Below are positions 34,839 through 43,260 of a stretch of 50,659 nt of DNA, piece by piece (position 1 is the stretch's first letter; each line of letters opens with the position of its first letter). The notes under the pieces are model-generated. The model did not search any database. It saw nothing but the letters and a program-made list of their open reading frames with translations, and was not told the DNA's origin. This DNA comes from Lentisphaeria bacterium (lineage in GTDB: Bacteria; Verrucomicrobiota; Lentisphaeria; Victivallales; Victivallaceae). The position numbers were made by a program, and so were the translations under genes. Location of the stretch: the NCBI GenBank assembly GCA_017508015.1, contig JAFVZS010000070.1:1-50659 (forward strand). Reading direction: 5' to 3'.

Positions 34839-36173
34839 ATGAATAATTTAGAATTCGGTTACGCTCAGTGTGATATTACCCCGGCGATCGGGATGCCGCT
34901 GTGCGGTTATTTCAACCCGCGCCCCAACAAAGGGGCGTTTGACCGGTTGTCGGTCAAGGCGGCGGTATTCCGTACCGGCAGTGAAGTCGCGGCGGTGGTT
35001 TCGTATGATCTTTGTATCCTGGATGCCGCTTTTCTGCGCGGATTGGATGCCAAATTGGCTGAAATGTCTTCGCCTCTGGCCAACAAGGTGCTTTATTGCG
35101 CCACTCACACTCACACCGGTCCTTATTCCGGTAAGATTTTTGATGACGGTGCCGATCCGGCTTACATGGAATTTCTGGCACAGCAGAGTCTGACCGCCAT
35201 CACTCAGGCCTTCGCCTCTCTGGCTCCGGCGGAGTTGTATACCGCTGAAACGGAGTGCACCACGCTGGCTTTCAACCGCCGTTATATTATGAAAAACGGT
35301 AAAACGCTCACCAATCCGGGAAAATTCAATCCGGATATTGTCCGTCCGGAAGGCGGCATTGATCCGAAAATCATTCTGCTGGAACTCCGTCAGTTTGACC
35401 GTCCGGCACTGTTGATCGCCAACATTTCCAATCACACGGATACCATCGGCGGTGATATCGTTTCAGCCGACTGGCCGGGGCGGATGGAGAAAGCCATCCA
35501 GCAGGAACTCGGTTTCGATCTTCCGGTGATGACCATTATTGCTCCGCAGGGCAACATCAATCACTTCAATGTCAATACTCCGGGATCCCAGACCGGTTAT
35601 GAGGAAGCCTGCCGGATCGGTAAAGCTTACGCCGGGGTGATCCTTTCCTCACTTTATCAGTTGAAAAAGCAGGAAAATACCGCTATCGTCACCGGAAGCT
35701 GTGAATTTAAGGCTCCTTATCTGCAGCTGACCGATGCCGAGTACGCTGAAGCCAAACGCATCTATGAAGAAAATAAAGATGCGGTAATGGAAGACGGCCG
35801 GGATTTCACCAGCGAAGATATCGCCAAAGGGGTTCCGGCGGTGAAAAAACTTTTTGCGGAAATGGCGATCGGCTGCCGGGAAAATCCCATTGCCGATGAA
35901 CGTATCGAGCGTCAGTTGATGATCGCTTTCGGTGAGGAAGTGGCGTTGGTGTCACTGCCTTGCGAACCATTTATCGAATTGGGTGAAGCCATCCGTAAAG
36001 GTTCCAAATATCCGCTGACGGTTTTGGCGGCTCTGGGAATGGGCGAGATCGGTTACGTCGGTATGCCGCAGCATTACGGCAACGGCGGTTATGAAACCAG
36101 TCCTTCCCGGACTCTGGCAGACCGTACGGTCGGAGAAGAGATCGTCAGGTGTGCTTTGAAACTTTTGAAATAA
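34839..36173 (+). CDS. neutral/alkaline ceramidase-like N-terminal-domain hydrolase (function uncertain)
   Basis: The N-terminus FGYAQCDITPAIGMPLCGY......G..DRLSVKAAVF and the HTHTGP motif resemble the neutral ceramidase family. There is no signal peptide. Confidence 0.8.
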   Translation: MNNLEFGYAQCDITPAIGMPLCGYFNPRPNKGAFDRLSVKAAVFRTGSEVAAVVSYDLCILDAAFLRGLDAKLAEMSSPLANKVLYCATHTHTGPYSGKIFDDGADPAYMEFLAQQSLTAITQAFASLAPAELYTAETECTTLAFNRRYIMKNGKTLTNPGKFNPDIVRPEGGIDPKIILLELRQFDRPALLIANISNHTDTIGGDIVSADWPGRMEKAIQQELGFDLPVMTIIAPQGNINHFNVNTPGSQTGYEEACRIGKAYAGVILSSLYQLKKQENTAIVTGSCEFKAPYLQLTDAEYAEAKRIYEENKDAVMEDGRDFTSEDIAKGVPAVKKLFAEMAIGCRENPIADERIERQLMIAFGEEVALVSLPCEPFIELGEAIRKGSKYPLTVLAALGMGEIGYVGMPQHYGNGGYETSPSRTLADRTVGEEIVRCALKLLK

Positions 36174-36220
36174 CAACGGTATTTCATTGGCAATATAATT
36201 AATTATAAGGATGATAAAAA

Positions 36221-37036
36221 ATGTCTGATTCTTGCAGCGGTTCCTGCAGCGGTTCCTGCGGAAGTTGCTCATCGTGTTCTTCTTGCGGCGAGGATAAGCT
36301 TGCCCGGAAAATGTCGGCAGTCTCCCGTAAGATTTTTGTACTTTCCGGCAAGGGCGGGGTGGGAAAAAGTTCCGTCGCCGCCACTGTCGCATTGCAGCTG
36401 GCTGCCAGCGGCCGTAAAGTCGGTCTGCTTGACTGCGATTTCCACGGCCCGAGTCTGCCGACGATCCTCGGTGTGACCCATAAAAAACTGGACTATTCTG
36501 AAAGCGATGGTATCATTCCTCTGCCGATGGGAAACTTGAAGTTTCTTTCAGTGGGCCTTTTGATCGATGATCCCGATCAGGCGATCGTCTGGCGCGGACC
36601 GGCAAAGATGGGCGTGATCAAACAGCTTTTGGCAGATACCTGCTGGGGAGAACTGGATGATCTGGTGCTGGATTTTCCGCCGGGAACCGGTGATGAGATC
36701 CTTTCGGCCTGTCAGTTGATCCCGGGCGAAAAGAATGCCATTGTGGTCACTACTCCGCAGGAAGTTTCGCTTGCCGACTGCCGCAAATGTCTGGATTTCT
36801 GCAACAAACTGGAACTCAAAGTGGTCGGTATCGTGGAAAATATGAGCTACTTTGTCTGCCCGGATTGCGGCAAGGCTCATCAGCTCTTTTCCGCTGACGG
36901 CGGCAAATCACTGGCCAAAAGTTACAATCTGCCGTTGATTGCCCAGCTGCCGTTGAATCCGGAATTTATGGCGGCCTGTGACTCCGGCACTCTGGCGGAA
37001 AAACTTGATCAATTCCCCTCATTACTCAAGTTCTGA
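36221..37036 (+). CDS. mrp: Mrp/NBP35 (ApbC) family iron-sulfur cluster carrier ATPase
   Basis: Deviant Walker A SGKGGVGKSS, a C-terminal CPDCG (CxxC) motif, and a Cys-rich N-terminus CSGSCSGSCGSCSSCSSC. Confidence 0.93.
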   Translation: MSDSCSGSCSGSCGSCSSCSSCGEDKLARKMSAVSRKIFVLSGKGGVGKSSVAATVALQLAASGRKVGLLDCDFHGPSLPTILGVTHKKLDYSESDGIIPLPMGNLKFLSVGLLIDDPDQAIVWRGPAKMGVIKQLLADTCWGELDDLVLDFPPGTGDEILSACQLIPGEKNAIVVTTPQEVSLADCRKCLDFCNKLELKVVGIVENMSYFVCPDCGKAHQLFSADGGKSLAKSYNLPLIAQLPLNPEFMAACDSGTLAEKLDQFPSLLKF

Positions 37037-37056
37037 CGCAAATTCCGTGATATTTT

Positions 37057-37101
37057 CCGGGAGTATTTCTGTATCATGCAGCAATGCTCCCGGATTTTTT
37101 T
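37057..37101 (+). terminator. candidate terminator after mrp
   Basis: CCGGGAG (37057-37063) pairs with CTCCCGG (37087-37093), followed by ATTTTTTTAT. The 23-nt loop is long, so this is only moderate. Confidence 0.4.
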
Positions 37102-37122
37102 ATAAAATTAAGACACAGGTAC

Positions 37123-37151
37123 TTGCATTTGGATAAAAGAGAGTATATATT
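37123..37151 (+). promoter_or_regulatory. sigma70-type promoter of the LacI-family gene
   Basis: TTGCAT (37123-37128), 17-nt spacer, TATATT (37146-37151). Confidence 0.6.
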
Positions 37152-37155
37152 ATTA

Positions 37156-37171
37156 GCGCAAACGTTTGCGC
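37156..37171. promoter_or_regulatory. LacI-family operator O1, a perfect 16-bp palindrome
   Basis: GCGCAAACGTTTGCGC lies immediately downstream of the -10 element. It has the AAACGTTT core typical of LacI/GalR-family operators. Confidence 0.75.
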
Positions 37172-37196
37172 AAAGTAGATTTTCAGGGTGGTATAT

Positions 37197-38180
37197 ATGG
37201 CGACACTTGCAGATGTAGCAGCATTGGCCGGTTGTTCGGTATCGGTTGTTTCGCGGGTTTTGAGACCCAAAGACAGCGGCAGTGACCGTATTGCTCCGGC
37301 GACCAGAGACCGGGTCCGTGAAGCCGCCGCCAAACTCGGTTACCGCCCGAATCGCACGGCGGAGTTTCTGAAATACGGCAGAGTTCCGGAAATAGGGGTG
37401 TTTTTGCCCCGGTTCGACAACTCGCTGATTCTGGATATCGTGAGGGGTTGTTCCGAAGCCGCCAGAGAAGCCGGATTTCCTCTTTCCTTTTTCTTTGATC
37501 AGGAAGTTGACAATTTCAGCCGGTTCATGCATGATACTATCGGCCGCAAAAATTGCGGTATCATCACCTGCGCTCCGGAATTGGAGCTGGCCGGTGAATC
37601 TTTCAAACTGATTAGCAATTATTGTGATGCCGGTGGTTTTCTGGTGTTGATCGATAACTGTGAGCGCGAATTTGTTTGTAATGAACGTGCGGCCAAAGTG
37701 ATCGTGGATGATGAATATGGCGGTTTTCTGGCGGCACAGCGTCTGTTGGAAAGCAACTGTGAAAAATTCTTCATTCAGGCTCCCAGGCGGCCGAGGGCAT
37801 ACGGCTTTATCAAAGGCATCGAAGGTGCTGGCAAAGAGGTGATCTGGCTGCCTAAAGGTGATCAGGCTACTGAAGAACTTTTTACGATGCTGATGAATTG
37901 TTCCACCACGGCCGGAGTTTTCTGCAGCAGTGACCGTCTGGCGATAAAACTTCATTCCAAATTGGCCGGAGTCGGTGAAATGCCCGGCAACCGGATCAAA
38001 CTGATCGGTTACGATGATACTTACAACTCCGATGTGTTGTCTCCGGCATTGACTTCCATCCGGCAACCGTTTTTTGAAAGCGGTTTTCTGGCGGTGAAAT
38101 ATCTTTTGAATATGATCTATGATCAGCCGGTTGAGCCGGAGATCCTCAAACCGGTTTTAATCGGAAGGCAAACCGCATGA
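37197..38180 (+). CDS. LacI family transcriptional regulator
   Basis: N-terminal HTH ATLADVAALAGCSVSVVSRVL, followed by a periplasmic-binding-protein-like sugar-binding core. ATG 37197 is preferred over the track start 37188. Confidence 0.93.
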   Translation: MATLADVAALAGCSVSVVSRVLRPKDSGSDRIAPATRDRVREAAAKLGYRPNRTAEFLKYGRVPEIGVFLPRFDNSLILDIVRGCSEAAREAGFPLSFFFDQEVDNFSRFMHDTIGRKNCGIITCAPELELAGESFKLISNYCDAGGFLVLIDNCEREFVCNERAAKVIVDDEYGGFLAAQRLLESNCEKFFIQAPRRPRAYGFIKGIEGAGKEVIWLPKGDQATEELFTMLMNCSTTAGVFCSSDRLAIKLHSKLAGVGEMPGNRIKLIGYDDTYNSDVLSPALTSIRQPFFESGFLAVKYLLNMIYDQPVEPEILKPVLIGRQTA

Positions 38181-38208
38181 TTTTGCGGCAAAGTTTTTTT
38201 GAATAATT

Positions 38209-38226
38209 TGCTCAAACGTTTGCGCA
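38209..38226. promoter_or_regulatory. LacI-family operator O2
   Basis: TGCTCAAACGTTTGCGCA shares CAAACGTTTGCGCA with O1 and has one arm mismatch. It ends 3 nt before the AAAGGAG SD of the 38241 gene. Confidence 0.7.
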
Positions 38227-38240
38227 AAGAAAGGAGCATT

Positions 38241-39395
38241 ATGAAAACGAAGTGTAAACAAGCTGTGGATAAAAATTTGCAATGGTTTTGCTCCTCCGGG
38301 GTGATGGTTCCGGAAAATGGTTTATGGGGGGTGGCCGAGCGTCTGGCTGTGAAAAGTGGCAATGCGGCATTGGATGAGATACTGGAGTCATTTCCGGCCT
38401 GGACGGAAAAGTCTGATTGTTATGTTATCGAACAGCGGCGGGCAGATTGCAACTTCCAGGCGGCATGGCTTTTTCTGCTGGCTGACCGGATTTTTCCGGG
38501 GTGCGGTTACGGGGAGACCGGAAAGAATATTCTGGATTTTCTCTATTGCCGCAGCGGTTTGCTGGAGCGCAAAAAAAGTGCCGATATCCCCGGCAACTGG
38601 AATTGGTCACACATCAAGCGGGATTCCGTAGTATATTTTGATGATGAAGCGTGGTGCATATTCATCCAGTTGCGTATTGCCGATGAATTTCCGGAATTGG
38701 ATAAGCGGTACAATATGCGTTTCTGGGCGGAAACTCTGGCTGAAAGTTTATATGCCGGTGCAACTGACCCGGATAAGACTCCACTGTGGCGGGGGGAATT
38801 GGCCAAGCCGCACTGGGGGGCTCTGGCCGCCATGGCTCTGGCCCAAAGCGGTGGAAAAAATATGGATAAGTACCGGAAGTTTTGTCTGGAATATTTCCGC
38901 AATGTCGATATTCCCAACGTGAGCGAATATGCGTATGCTCTTTTGGGAGCGGTAAATTGTATGTTGAAATTCGGCAGGGAAGATTTTTTACCTTTGGTGG
39001 AAAAATATGTTGATGCCATTATTTCCGTTTGTGATCCGGCAAGCGGCTTGCCTCCTTCGGAACACAGCCGGGAAACTCCGGCGGGTAAAAATCTGGCGGA
39101 TTTGATCTACACGGTCAACTGGGCCGTTGCCGGTCTGCGGGAAGCCGGATTGCTTCTCGGAGGCAAATGTACTGAAATCGCCGGAAAAATTCTGGATTTT
39201 CTGCATAGTATACAGGATGATTCAGCCAATAAAACATTCAACGGCTGCTGGCGGGGAATGTATGATACTGCCACCGGCAAATGGGGCGGCGGTGATCGTT
39301 TTGAAGGTGGCGGGAACAGTATTTATACCGGCTGGACCAATGCGCCGATCGCATTGACCATGCTGTTTGAATATATGGGAAAAAGTATGTTTTAA
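38241..39395 (+). CDS. hypothetical cytoplasmic protein, possibly an (alpha/alpha)-toroid enzyme
   Basis: 384 aa from ATG 38241 (SD AAAGGAG; the track start at TTG 38199 overlaps operator O2). The protein is helix-rich and W-rich with no signal peptide. I did not confidently recognise a family. Confidence 0.8.
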   Translation: MKTKCKQAVDKNLQWFCSSGVMVPENGLWGVAERLAVKSGNAALDEILESFPAWTEKSDCYVIEQRRADCNFQAAWLFLLADRIFPGCGYGETGKNILDFLYCRSGLLERKKSADIPGNWNWSHIKRDSVVYFDDEAWCIFIQLRIADEFPELDKRYNMRFWAETLAESLYAGATDPDKTPLWRGELAKPHWGALAAMALAQSGGKNMDKYRKFCLEYFRNVDIPNVSEYAYALLGAVNCMLKFGREDFLPLVEKYVDAIISVCDPASGLPPSEHSRETPAGKNLADLIYTVNWAVAGLREAGLLLGGKCTEIAGKILDFLHSIQDDSANKTFNGCWRGMYDTATGKWGGGDRFEGGGNSIYTGWTNAPIALTMLFEYMGKSMF

Positions 39396-39418
39396 TGGTC
39401 ATGAAAGGAGATTGGGAA

Positions 39419-40336
39419 ATGTTGAAAAAAAGAAAAGTTTTTACGTTGATCGGGTTGCTGGTAAGCACAGTTATCTCACCATTGCATTTTTTGACACCAA
39501 AATCTTACCGCACGGCATCATCAAAAAGTATCCCGCTTTTCTTTGAAAGCGAAAGGGGGCGCGGGGGAAAGGGAAAACTCTCTTTTCCCGTGAAAAGAAA
39601 GTTTTCCTTGTCCACCGCACACTCATTTACTTTAATAGAATTGCTGGTGGTCATTGCCATTATTGCCATTTTAGCGGCGATCCTGCTTCCGGCACTTAAT
39701 TCTGCCCGTGAGCGGGGGCGGGCAGCAAGTTGCATAGCCAACATGAAGCAGATGATTTCCGGTTATCATCTGTATTGGGATGATGCAGATATGCCGTTGC
39801 CGCCGCGTATGACCAGAGAGGGCAGTGGCAAGCCGTGGTTGAGCTGGTATTGGTATCTGGCTCCTTATATTGGTCTGCCCCGGTATGAGTCGCACAGCAA
39901 ATTGCTGGCAGATATGCGCTCCAGACAGGGCAGTTCGGTTTATGATTGTCCGTCGGTGGTCAAGCATGAGAATAACGAATTGGGCGGGGCTCCGACCTAT
40001 AAATTCACGGCGCACTACTTTACCCGAACCATGCATGGCAGAACGCAGGATGCCGATCCGAATTGTCCCAACACCTCTGATACTCTGGTTTTTGTCGATG
40101 GAGATGATGGCAATACGGCGCAAAGTTTCGGTACGGCGGCATGGTATCGGCTGACCAGACACACCGGAGAGAAAGAGTATGGTCAGGGGGCCGGTGCGCA
40201 TAATGGTTCGGTGACGGTCGGTTTTTATGATGCTCATGTCGGCATGGTGAAAACCGCCAGTTACACGGATGCTCAAGGAAAGTTGCGTATGGGTATTCCC
40301 GGCACGGTCGCTGAATATGAAAAATATTGGTATTGA
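39419..40336 (+). CDS. prepilin-type N-terminal cleavage/methylation domain protein, H-X9-DG (DUF1559-like) family, with a duplicated leader
   Basis: Canonical [29 protein letters not shown] starts at codon F=39626. The C-terminus has [12 protein letters not shown] (H-X9-D). ATG 39419 has a strong AAGGAG SD (39405-39410) and encodes a first, degenerate leader, [15 protein letters not shown]. An alternative in-frame GTG lies at 39590. Confidence 0.88.
   Translation: MLKKRKVFTLIGLLVSTVISPLHFLTPKSYRTASSKSIPLFFESERGRGGKGKLSFPVKRKFSLSTAHSFTLIELLVVIAIIAILAAILLPALNSARERGRAASCIANMKQMISGYHLYWDDADMPLPPRMTREGSGKPWLSWYWYLAPYIGLPRYESHSKLLADMRSRQGSSVYDCPSVVKHENNELGGAPTYKFTAHYFTRTMHGRTQDADPNCPNTSDTLVFVDGDDGNTAQSFGTAAWYRLTRHTGEKEYGQGAGAHNGSVTVGFYDAHVGMVKTASYTDAQGKLRMGIPGTVAEYEKYWY
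39530..39607 (+). repeat. copy of the hairpin repeat family seen at 609-1003, embedded in the prepilin-like gene 5' region
   Basis: ATCCCGCTTTTCTTTG (39530-39545) is identical to 851-866 and 954-969. The hairpin 39572-39587 / 39592-39607 pairs 15 of 16 bp with loop CCGT. Its core CTTTTCCCGTGAAAAGAAAGT matches 20 of 21 nt of CTTTTCTCGTGAAAAGAAAGT at 978-998. Confidence 0.85.
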
Positions 40337-40338
40337 TC

Positions 40339-43257
40339 ATGAAAAATATAATCGTATTTTTATGTTCAGCAGTCATGTTTTTCTCTGCGGTTGCGGGGTA
40401 TGATTTCAACAAGGCATTCTGGAGTTGCTGGCCGCGCAATGCCGGTAAAGTGGAAAGTTTGCGTGACCGGGGGAAACGGACGGTATCGTTTGAGTTTCAA
40501 AATTCAACTGTTCCGGTATCTTTTTACACCAGAGGCACTGGCAATGCCGGTGAACTTTGCCGGTTGGATATGGAATTTGAATGCAGTGATTTGCAGATGA
40601 CGGAAAGCAGTTCGGCGAAAGTCATTATCGCATTTCAAAATGAGAGCAAACGCCCCGGCAGTGCCGGGGAAATTTCGCATGATTTACCGCTGGCCGCCGG
40701 CAGAAATAATTTCCGTTGTTCTTTTGTTATGCCCGATGGTGCGGCAGATTATCAGATTTCCCTGTGTTTGACCGGCATTTCCGGCAAGATAAGTGTGACC
40801 GGATGCCGGGTGGAAGTTTTGCCGTTAAGTGCGGTAATTGCTCCGTATGCCGGAGGATCGGCGGCATCCCGTTATGTGACCGCCACCGGGATCAACGGTT
40901 TTTTCCGTTACGGCAGTGCTTATCCGGCGGTTGCGGATTCGACGGTTTTTCTGACTTATGACCGGGAAAATCTTTATGTGAAAGTTATTTGCCGGGAAAG
41001 TGACATCTCATGTTTGCGTACTGCTGTAAGTGATTGTGACGGGCCGGTTTATCTGGATGATTCGGTGGAGTTGTTTTTTGCTCACGGCGACCGGGTCTGG
41101 CAGTTGGTGACGAATAGTGCCGCAGTCCGCTGTGACGGGGAATTGAAAATTTCCATTCCCGGTGATCCCCGCCGCTTTGATGCGTCGTGGAACGGGTCAT
41201 GGCGGGTCGAATGTGAAAAGGGCGAAGGATTATGGAGTGCGGAATTTATCATTCCTTTTGCCGATCTTGAGTTTGCTCCGGCTGCCGGAGCAGTGTTGCG
41301 GGTGAATGTGTTGCGCAACCGCCGGGGCGCAGCGCAGGAGCAGACCCAGCTTGACCGGCGTTTCGGAATGCCGGGCAAGGAGGCTCACTTCAGCCGGATC
41401 ACATTCAGAAACAGTGATGCACTTTTCGTCCGCAGTGTGATGGATATGGATGGCGATACGCTGGCGGTAGTCCGGCAGAAACGGGAATTTGCCCAGGTGC
41501 CCCGGCGAGACGGGAATTATCTGGTCATCGGCCCCGGATGCGACATCTATCTGGAGCGTTACAGCGCACCATTCCAGGAGCAGAACCGGGAAAGTTGGCC
41601 GCAAAGAACGATGGAGATCATTGCCGCAATGCAGAATAACGGTATGCTGGTTCCGGCGTTTTATCCGTGGGTGATCCAGCATTTGGGCGGCCGGGAAAAC
41701 TATTCCCGGATCATGGCCGCATATCCGGATCTGAAGTTTGCACTTGCCATTCACAATACTTCCCACGACCGCACTGTTATTGGCAATGGAGCCGTTTATT
41801 TTCACGGGAGATCAAGCAATATCGGGGATAAAAAACTGGGAATATGCACGGCGGAATTTCTGGAAAAATTTCTTACGGAAAATGCCGATGCGGTCAGTCG
41901 CTCTGTTTTTGCCAGAGGTTTTGATGAACCGACAAATTCATTGATCTCCTGTTTCAGTTATTCGCTGAATCCGGAAAATCTCACCGCATTGCAGAGTTTG
42001 AATGAATTTATCCGGAAAAATTACGGTTACGGGAAATATGGTATGCCGGATCTGAACCGGGGGATGACCGATCCGGATGACGGTTTGCGCCATATTGCAT
42101 TCTGCCGCTGGTGGAATGATCAGGCGGCGGCAACTTTCAACCGGTTGCGGGATATTTTGAAAAATCATGCTCCGCAAATGCCGTTTATGCCGCTGGTTTG
42201 CAATACTGTGGCGGCTTACAGCGGCTTTGAAGAGTTGCCGTTGCTGGCCCGTTACGGTGATTGGATCGGGGTCGATCCTTATCCGACTGCCACACGCACT
42301 ATTTTTTCAGCGGCAAGAGCGGTTTATCACACCGGATTTTGCACCAGATTGGCTCATGATCTGGCGTCACCGGCCAAAATTTTTGTTTATGTGCAGGCAT
42401 TCCGTTATCACGGGCAATCGCCCAGTGCGGAAAACCTCACTGAATGGGTGTCACAGGCATTGAAAAACGGTGCGGATATCCTCTCATTCTATGCGTTGAA
42501 AAATTTGGAAGAGTGTCCGGATATTTACCCGCAAATATTGAATTTGAGCCGGAGCGTTACCACGATGAGACCTTTGGCTCTGCCGGAGAAAAGTCCGGTG
42601 GCGATATTGTATAATTATGTCGGCAACTGGGGGCGTTTTGACCGGGGACAGATGGATTATTATTCGCTGTATTCCATTTTTGCCGAAAAGATCAGAGGGG
42701 ATTTTGTCTTTATCAGTGACCGTCAGTTGATGGAAGATAAAAAAGTGCCGGCTCATGTGAAAATATGCTTTGCCCCGGCATTGGAATATGTGGATAAGTC
42801 AGTGGCCAACGCGTTGGAAAATTTTGTGCGTAACGGCGGTACATTGATTATCCTTGATCCGGAAGCATTCCGGATCGCACCGGATGGTGAGCCGGTGGCA
42901 CAGCGGGAAAGTTTACTGGGTGATCCAGTGACAACAGCGATACCGGCGGCCGGATTTATCTATTTCGGAGCCGGCCGCAAACCGTTGCGGATTTTTGCGG
43001 ATAACGGCGCAACGTGCCGGGCGGTCGTGCCGCCGGATGATGCTGAAGTGGAAGCGGTCTGGACCAATGGCCGGTGTGCCGCTTACCGCCGTCAGGTCGG
43101 CAAGGGTAAAGTTATATATTTTGCGGTCAATCCTTTTGCCAACGGGGAAGCGGCACTTCAGGCGGGAAACTGGGTGGAGTATTTCTATAACTTTTTCCGG
43201 GAAAACGGCGTGCGCCGGGGGATGAAGATCTGGGATTTCGTTTTGCCGGGGAATTGA
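40339..43257 (+). CDS. large secreted protein with a CBM9/DOMON-like carbohydrate-binding module and a possible glycoside-hydrolase-like C-terminal region
   Basis: Signal peptide MKNIIVFLCSAVMFFSAVAG. The segment YLDDSVELFFA...WSAEFIIPFADL...LRVNVLRNR resembles CBM family 9. The C-terminal part (GVDPYP, FVRNGGTLIILDPEAF) is reminiscent of a GH42-type barrel plus a GATase1-like domain. The functional call is tentative. Confidence 0.82.
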   Translation: MKNIIVFLCSAVMFFSAVAGYDFNKAFWSCWPRNAGKVESLRDRGKRTVSFEFQNSTVPVSFYTRGTGNAGELCRLDMEFECSDLQMTESSSAKVIIAFQNESKRPGSAGEISHDLPLAAGRNNFRCSFVMPDGAADYQISLCLTGISGKISVTGCRVEVLPLSAVIAPYAGGSAASRYVTATGINGFFRYGSAYPAVADSTVFLTYDRENLYVKVICRESDISCLRTAVSDCDGPVYLDDSVELFFAHGDRVWQLVTNSAAVRCDGELKISIPGDPRRFDASWNGSWRVECEKGEGLWSAEFIIPFADLEFAPAAGAVLRVNVLRNRRGAAQEQTQLDRRFGMPGKEAHFSRITFRNSDALFVRSVMDMDGDTLAVVRQKREFAQVPRRDGNYLVIGPGCDIYLERYSAPFQEQNRESWPQRTMEIIAAMQNNGMLVPAFYPWVIQHLGGRENYSRIMAAYPDLKFALAIHNTSHDRTVIGNGAVYFHGRSSNIGDKKLGICTAEFLEKFLTENADAVSRSVFARGFDEPTNSLISCFSYSLNPENLTALQSLNEFIRKNYGYGKYGMPDLNRGMTDPDDGLRHIAFCRWWNDQAAATFNRLRDILKNHAPQMPFMPLVCNTVAAYSGFEELPLLARYGDWIGVDPYPTATRTIFSAARAVYHTGFCTRLAHDLASPAKIFVYVQAFRYHGQSPSAENLTEWVSQALKNGADILSFYALKNLEECPDIYPQILNLSRSVTTMRPLALPEKSPVAILYNYVGNWGRFDRGQMDYYSLYSIFAEKIRGDFVFISDRQLMEDKKVPAHVKICFAPALEYVDKSVANALENFVRNGGTLIILDPEAFRIAPDGEPVAQRESLLGDPVTTAIPAAGFIYFGAGRKPLRIFADNGATCRAVVPPDDAEVEAVWTNGRCAAYRRQVGKGKVIYFAVNPFANGEAALQAGNWVEYFYNFFRENGVRRGMKIWDFVLPGN

Positions 43258-43260
43258 AAT

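Noticed and set aside
37074-38066. 330-aa minus-strand ORF
   Set aside because: It is antisense to the LacI-family gene, which has a canonical HTH and its own operator and promoter.
39395-39418. Start of the prepilin-like ORF at ATG 39395
   Set aside because: That ATG overlaps the upstream stop and has no SD. ATG 39419 follows AAGGAG at an 8-nt spacing.
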